Assembly: GCA_965249575.1 (NCBI GenBank)
Contig: OZ252244.1
Coordinates: forward strand, 1,856,001-1,920,000
Direction: 5' to 3'
Length of the DNA: 64,000 bases
DNA from: Gemmatimonadales bacterium
GTDB lineage: Bacteria; Gemmatimonadota; Gemmatimonadetes; Gemmatimonadales; GWC2-71-9
The notes under the pieces were generated by a model that saw only the letters and a list, made by a program, of their open reading frames with translations, made no database searches and had not been told where the DNA came from. The number at the start of each line of letters is the position of its first letter. The stretch's first letter is position 1. Position numbers and translations under genes: made by a program. This document shows positions 59,936 through 64,000 of the stretch, piece after piece.

Positions 59936-61045
59936 TCAGTCCACCAGCCTTAGCGGCATCACCAGACACATGTACGCGGCGGGATCGTCCCACCCGACTG
60001 GCTCGATGGTGGCGGCGCGTTCGGGCGCTTTGAACGTGAAGCGCACCTCGTCGGTCGGCATGAACTTGAGTATCTCGAGCAGATACGTGGCGTTGAAGCC
60101 GATCTCAAGCGACTCGCCGTCATAGGATATCGATATCTCGTCTTGCGCCTCACCCAGATCGGGCGTGCTCACCGAAAACCTGAGGACGCCGCCGCTGAAC
60201 CCTAGCTTGACGCGGTGGGTCTGGTCGCTTGCCACAACCCCCACGCGGCGCAGAGCTGATGCCAGAGCTCCCCGGTCGACGGTCGCCGACTTGTCGTTCT
60301 CCCGTGGGATGACCTGCTCGTAATTTGGGTAGGGGCCCTCAATGAGCCGGGTGAACACCCTCGTCTCGCCACTCTGAAAGCCAAGGTGGTTCTCGCTACG
60401 CGCGATATCGATCTCGTCGGCCGCCGTAAAAAGCCGACGTATTTGCTCAAGCGCCTTTGGGGGCACGATCAGGTCGGCCGCTGCGCTCCCACCCGATGCC
60501 TCAATGTCCATCTTGGCCAGCCGGTGCCCGTTAGTCGCAACCATTCGCATCCGGTCCTCACGTAGCTCCCACAGGACCCCATTGAGAATCGGCCGGCTCT
60601 CCTCAGTGGACGCGGCAAAGGCCACGTGATGAATAAGCTTTAGCAGGTCGGCCGACGTCACCTTCCATGCGCTCTTGAAATCGACTGCTGGGAAGCTCGG
60701 AAACTCGTCCCGCGCAATGCCCAGTAGCTTGAACTTCGAACGGCCGCATTCGAGGTGAACTCGCTGTTCCCCCGCACCCGTCACTCGGATCGCCGCGCTG
60801 GGAAGCTCTCGGACGATCTCCATGAGCTTCTTCGCGGGTAGTGTGACCGCACCTTCGGCATCGATTTCGGCAGGTACGACTGTACTCACGGAGATGTCGA
60901 GGTCGGTTCCCGACAGACGGAGTCCATCGCCCTCTGCCTCGACCAGCAGATTCGCGAGGACCGGTAAGGTCGTCTTCGTCGGAACGGTCGCGGCGACGGC
61001 ACTGAGACCTTCATGCAGCCGCTCCCGAGCGATAGTGAACTTCAT
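59936..61045 (-). CDS. dnaN: DNA polymerase III beta clamp
   Basis: GTDLD, SRPILNGV, VATNGHRLA, RLIEGPYPNYEQVIP, LVMPLRL. Confidence 0.97.
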   Translation of the reverse strand: MKFTIARERLHEGLSAVAATVPTKTTLPVLANLLVEAEGDGLRLSGTDLDISVSTVVPAEIDAEGAVTLPAKKLMEIVRELPSAAIRVTGAGEQRVHLECGRSKFKLLGIARDEFPSFPAVDFKSAWKVTSADLLKLIHHVAFAASTEESRPILNGVLWELREDRMRMVATNGHRLAKMDIEASGGSAAADLIVPPKALEQIRRLFTAADEIDIARSENHLGFQSGETRVFTRLIEGPYPNYEQVIPRENDKSATVDRGALASALRRVGVVASDQTHRVKLGFSGGVLRFSVSTPDLGEAQDEISISYDGESLEIGFNATYLLEILKFMPTDEVRFTFKAPERAATIEPVGWDDPAAYMCLVMPLRLVD

Positions 61046-61057
61046 TCGTCTCTCCAC

Positions 61058-61276
61058 CCTGCGTGGATACTAATACTACTTCTTCTCACATATATAACTC
61101 TAGTAGTAGTAGTAGAGCACCTTGAAAACTGGAAAAACACTCCAAGCTCTTGTCGTGTGTGATGCTCCGGCATTCCGACCGTGTGGGCACGTGGGGGTAG
61201 CTGTGGGGTCCTCGTGGACAAGGTCGAGGTTCACGCATCCTTCCACACTGCCCACACAGTGTATCCCCAGGGTTGT
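61058..61276. other. Replication origin (oriC) between dnaA and dnaN
   Basis: AT-rich unwinding region, (TAG)5 DnaA-trios at 61101-61115, and degenerate DnaA boxes (CGTGGATAC, CGTGGACAA, CCTTCCACA, GTATCCCCA). Confidence 0.85.
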
Positions 61277-62665
61277 CTACGGGGCGGATAGCTCCCGTCT
61301 CGCCAATTCTACGCGATCCTTGAACTGTCGGTCGCGCTGCATTTCCTGCTGAACTTTATCGAGGCTGTGAATGACCGTGGAGTGATCTCGACCGCCGAAC
61401 GACTGACCAATCTCGACGAGTTGCATGCCGAGGAGATCCCTGGCGAGGTACATCGCGATTTGCCTCGGAACCGTCAGGGTCTTCGTTCGAGCCTTCGATC
61501 GAAGTCCCTCGGTGGTCACTCCCCAGCGGCGCGCCACCACTTCCTGCACCCTGTCGACGCTGGGAATCGCCACGGGTGCCTCCGACTGGACCCCGTCTTC
61601 GGCCCGGATCTTATCTGAGAGGGCTTCCCGTGCCAGCTCGATCGAGATTTCGCGGTGCTTGAGGGATGCGAATAGCAGCAGCTTGATGATGCATCCCTCA
61701 AGCTCACGTACCGAGCTACGTACGTGCTCGGCGATAAAGCGGAGGACGTCATCCGGGATAGTGAGCTCGAGGTGGTCCTGCTCGGCTTTCTTTCGAAGGA
61801 TCGCGATGCGGTGCTCGAGGTCCGGTTGGCCTACGTCCGCCACCATTCCCCACTCGAAGCGGCTCACCAGGCGCGACTCGAGCCCCGGGATTTCCGTCGG
61901 GGGCCGGTCGGAGGTCAGCACGATCTGCTTGCCGGCCTCATGGAGCGCGTTGAACGTGTGGAAGAACTCTTCCTGCGTCATTTCCTTGCCCTCGAGGAAG
62001 TGCACGTCGTCCACGAGAAAAATGTCCACGTCGTTCCGGTATTGGCGCCTGAACTCGGGCATGGTTCGGCCGTGAATGCTCTCGATCACTTCGTTGATGA
62101 ACTGCTCCGCTCCCATGTAGCTCACGCGGCTCTCGGCGTCTCGCTCGAGCATCACATGCGCGATAGCCTGCATGAGGTGGGTCTTCCCGAGGCCGGTGGC
62201 CCCGTAGATGAACAGCGGGTTGTAGGTCTTCGCAGGTGCCTCAGCTACCGCATGGGCGGCGGCGGCGGCAAGCTCATTCGATTTTCCGATGACGAACGTC
62301 CGAAACGTGTATCTCTCGTTGAGAGGCGTGGCCCGCCGGTTGGCCGCGACAGGTTGTCCTGCTGGTGGGGCCACGAAGAAATCCATCTGGGGTCGCTGAG
62401 CCCGCTCCTCCTGCACCTGAAAAACGACGTCGAGGGGCGCGCCAAGGGCCTCGCCGGCGAGTCGTGTCAGCAATGATGCGTGCTTCGACTCGTTCCATTC
62501 GACCGCGAACTGGTCGGGCGCCCCGACAACGAGACGACCTTCGTTCAACGTGATGGCTTCGGCCGGTTCGAGCCAAGTTCTGACCGTCGCGTCGGGCAGT
62601 TCGCGCCTAGCTTCTTCGAGTAGGCGCGTCCACGCCTCTGTAGCTGACAGCTCCGTCATGGACAT
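61277..62665 (-). CDS. dnaA: Chromosomal replication initiator
   Basis: YNPLFIYGATGLGKTHL, QEEFFHTFN, RLVSRFEWG, RQIAMYL, GGRDHSTV. Confidence 0.98.
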   Translation of the reverse strand: MSMTELSATEAWTRLLEEARRELPDATVRTWLEPAEAITLNEGRLVVGAPDQFAVEWNESKHASLLTRLAGEALGAPLDVVFQVQEERAQRPQMDFFVAPPAGQPVAANRRATPLNERYTFRTFVIGKSNELAAAAAHAVAEAPAKTYNPLFIYGATGLGKTHLMQAIAHVMLERDAESRVSYMGAEQFINEVIESIHGRTMPEFRRQYRNDVDIFLVDDVHFLEGKEMTQEEFFHTFNALHEAGKQIVLTSDRPPTEIPGLESRLVSRFEWGMVADVGQPDLEHRIAILRKKAEQDHLELTIPDDVLRFIAEHVRSSVRELEGCIIKLLLFASLKHREISIELAREALSDKIRAEDGVQSEAPVAIPSVDRVQEVVARRWGVTTEGLRSKARTKTLTVPRQIAMYLARDLLGMQLVEIGQSFGGRDHSTVIHSLDKVQQEMQRDRQFKDRVELARRELSAP

Positions 62666-62697
62666 GCAGTAGGGGTGGGGGTACGACAGGGCGACCG

Positions 62698-62726
62698 ATT
62701 GTATGCCTCCGATGTGGAAAAGTCAA
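62698..62726 (-). promoter_or_regulatory. dnaA promoter containing a DnaA box
   Basis: TTGACT-N17-TACAAT with TTTTCCACA (62713-62721) at the -35/spacer junction. Confidence 0.75.
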
Positions 62727-62728
62727 CC

Positions 62729-62758
62729 TTGACCTCTCTGGCCTTGCGCGGCTAGCTT
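62729..62758 (+). promoter_or_regulatory. rpmH operon promoter
   Basis: TTGACC-N18-TAGCTT, back-to-back with the dnaA promoter. Confidence 0.65.
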
Positions 62759-62782
62759 TCCCGCCTCAACCGAGGGAATGGG

Positions 62783-62944
62783 ATGAAGCCGACGTACCGG
62801 CCGCGCAATCGGCGCCGCATCAACAAGCATGGCTTTCGGGCGCGCATGCGAACCCGTTGGGGCCGCGCCATTTTGAGCCGCCGTCGCAAGAAGGGGCGGA
62901 AACGCCTCGCCGCACAACTCCCCTCGAAGCACGGAGCGCGCTGA
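62783..62944 (+). CDS. rpmH: 50S ribosomal protein L34
   Basis: Manual translation [53 protein letters not shown] (53 aa, too short for the ORF track). Confidence 0.96.
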   Translation: MKPTYRPRNRRRINKHGFRARMRTRWGRAILSRRRKKGRKRLAAQLPSKHGAR

Positions 62945-63285
62945 CGGCCGAGGGGCTCCCCCGAAGCTGGCGGTTGTCGCGCGGACCAGATCTCCGGTCG
63001 GTTTTACGCTCCGGCCGCCGCCGCCGCACCCCCAGGCTGGATATCGCATGGTGTCAGAACGATACGGGCCACCCTCGTCTGGGGATCATCGTTCCGCGGT
63101 ACGGCCAGACGGCCGTCGCACGCAACCGCCTTCGCCGCAGGCTCTCCGAGCATGCCCGCCGCCGAGTCCTTCGGTCTCTTCCTCCAGTTGACCTCGTGCT
63201 ACGGCCGCTACCCCAGGCATATCGAGCTGCGTCGCGCGACCTCGCAAACGACCTGGAGCAATGGCTGCACTCGCTCTCAAGCTGA
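62857..63285 (+). CDS. rnpA: RNase P protein component; start uncertain, overlaps rpmH
   Basis: [23 protein letters not shown] (RNR motif); canonical gene order. Confidence 0.92.
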   Translation: MGPRHFEPPSQEGAETPRRTTPLEARSALTAEGLPRSWRLSRGPDLRSVLRSGRRRRTPRLDIAWCQNDTGHPRLGIIVPRYGQTAVARNRLRRRLSEHARRRVLRSLPPVDLVLRPLPQAYRAASRDLANDLEQWLHSLSS

Positions 63286-63500
63286 GTCACTTGCCTCGGC
63301 AGGTTGCCGCTGGCCTGATCAAGGTCTATCAGGTCGCGGTGTCGCCGTTTCCGTCTCCCTGCCGCTACACGCCATCCTGTTCCGCCTATGCGCTCGAGGC
63401 TGTGACACGCTACGGAGTGGTGAAGGGAGCGTGGCTTGGCGTTCGCAGGATCCTCCGGTGCCATCCGTTCAAGACGGGTGGATACGACCCGGTGCCATGA
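63261..63500 (+). CDS. yidD: Membrane protein insertion efficiency factor
   Basis: [26 protein letters not shown]. Confidence 0.95.
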   Translation: MAALALKLSHLPRQVAAGLIKVYQVAVSPFPSPCRYTPSCSAYALEAVTRYGVVKGAWLGVRRILRCHPFKTGGYDPVP

Positions 63501-63515
63501 TGGGGCGGTAACGGC

Positions 63516-64000
63516 ATGGATCGAAAGACGGTACTCGCTTTCGTTCTCATCTTCCTCGTGATCACGTTGCCTTCGATTCTCTTCCCACCAGAGAAACCGA
63601 TGGGGGCAGACCCGGAGACCATCCCGTCGCCGGAGGCCCGGGAGCCTCCGGCGGAGCCGACAGGTCCACTGCCGCCAGCCGTGACTCCGCCGCCGGTTGC
63701 CTCCAGGCCGACTGTGGCCATCATCCCCGATCCCAGTGACAGCGTCGGCGAGGAATTCGTGGCGGTCGAGTCCCCGCTCTATCGGTTCACGTTCTCAACG
63801 AGGGGCGCGCGGCTCGTTGGAGCAGAACTCAAGCAGTATGCGTCCTTCGCGCCGGGCGACCCCGGCCGGGCGCAGCTGATACCTGATGAATCCGAGTTCC
63901 TCGCGACGAGGTTCGTGCTGGGTCGGGATACCGTCGATCTGGCGGGCTGGGTCTTTGAGCCGTCTGCTGACCGACTCGACGTTGGGACGGAGCCAGTCGT
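63516..64000 (+). CDS. yidC: Membrane protein insertase YidC, partial
   Basis: MDRKTVLAFVLIFLVI TM, then VESPLYRFTFSTRGARL; follows yidD. Confidence 0.85.
   Translation, partial: MDRKTVLAFVLIFLVITLPSILFPPEKPMGADPETIPSPEAREPPAEPTGPLPPAVTPPPVASRPTVAIIPDPSDSVGEEFVAVESPLYRFTFSTRGARLVGAELKQYASFAPGDPGRAQLIPDESEFLATRFVLGRDTVDLAGWVFEPSADRLDVGTEPV

Noticed and set aside
61101..61115. (TAG)5 as a microsatellite or CRISPR remnant
   Set aside because: Position and sequence fit DnaA-trios; no repeat-spacer array is visible anywhere in the window.
1..64000. Many long antisense or alternate-frame ORFs (e.g. 1932-2939, 9717-10616, 30864-31808, 44957-45946)
   Set aside because: They overlap well-supported genes, carry no motifs and are expected from high-GC codon bias.

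Overview
High-GC bacterial chromosomal window spanning the replication-origin region. Gene content (GWxTD protein, several Hanks-type kinases, fused E1 alpha/beta, L34 with a C-terminal LPSKH tail) suggests Gemmatimonadota; this is an inference. The right end holds dnaN-oriC-dnaA and the divergent rpmH-rnpA-yidD-yidC cluster, with RNase P RNA (rnpB) about 4.6 kb away. About 37 kb to the left lies mnmG-2x parS-parA-parB-M23 peptidase-bactofilin, followed by a second AT-rich cluster of DnaA-box-like motifs. The rest is mostly housekeeping: lon (partial), fadIJ, glpD, a deoxyhypusine synthase-like gene, queG, Nif3, sufRBCDSU plus a Rieske ferredoxin, def, rnd, MMPL, polA, an Slt transglycosylase, pyrE and secreted hydrolases. 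I found no CRISPR array, tRNA, rRNA, prophage, integrase or transposase. Most notable: (1) ParABS encoded in one coupled block with a bactofilin/M23 module; (2) an rnpA reading frame open through all of rpmH, one base from the Thermus-type nested arrangement; (3) two oppositely oriented DnaA-trio-like arrays at oriC; (4) a 119-bp diverged duplication of a gene junction around a decayed GNAT gene; (5) several leaderless-type promoters; (6) frameshifts only in accessory genes, which may be decay or sequencing error. All calls are from reading the sequence by eye; no searches were run.
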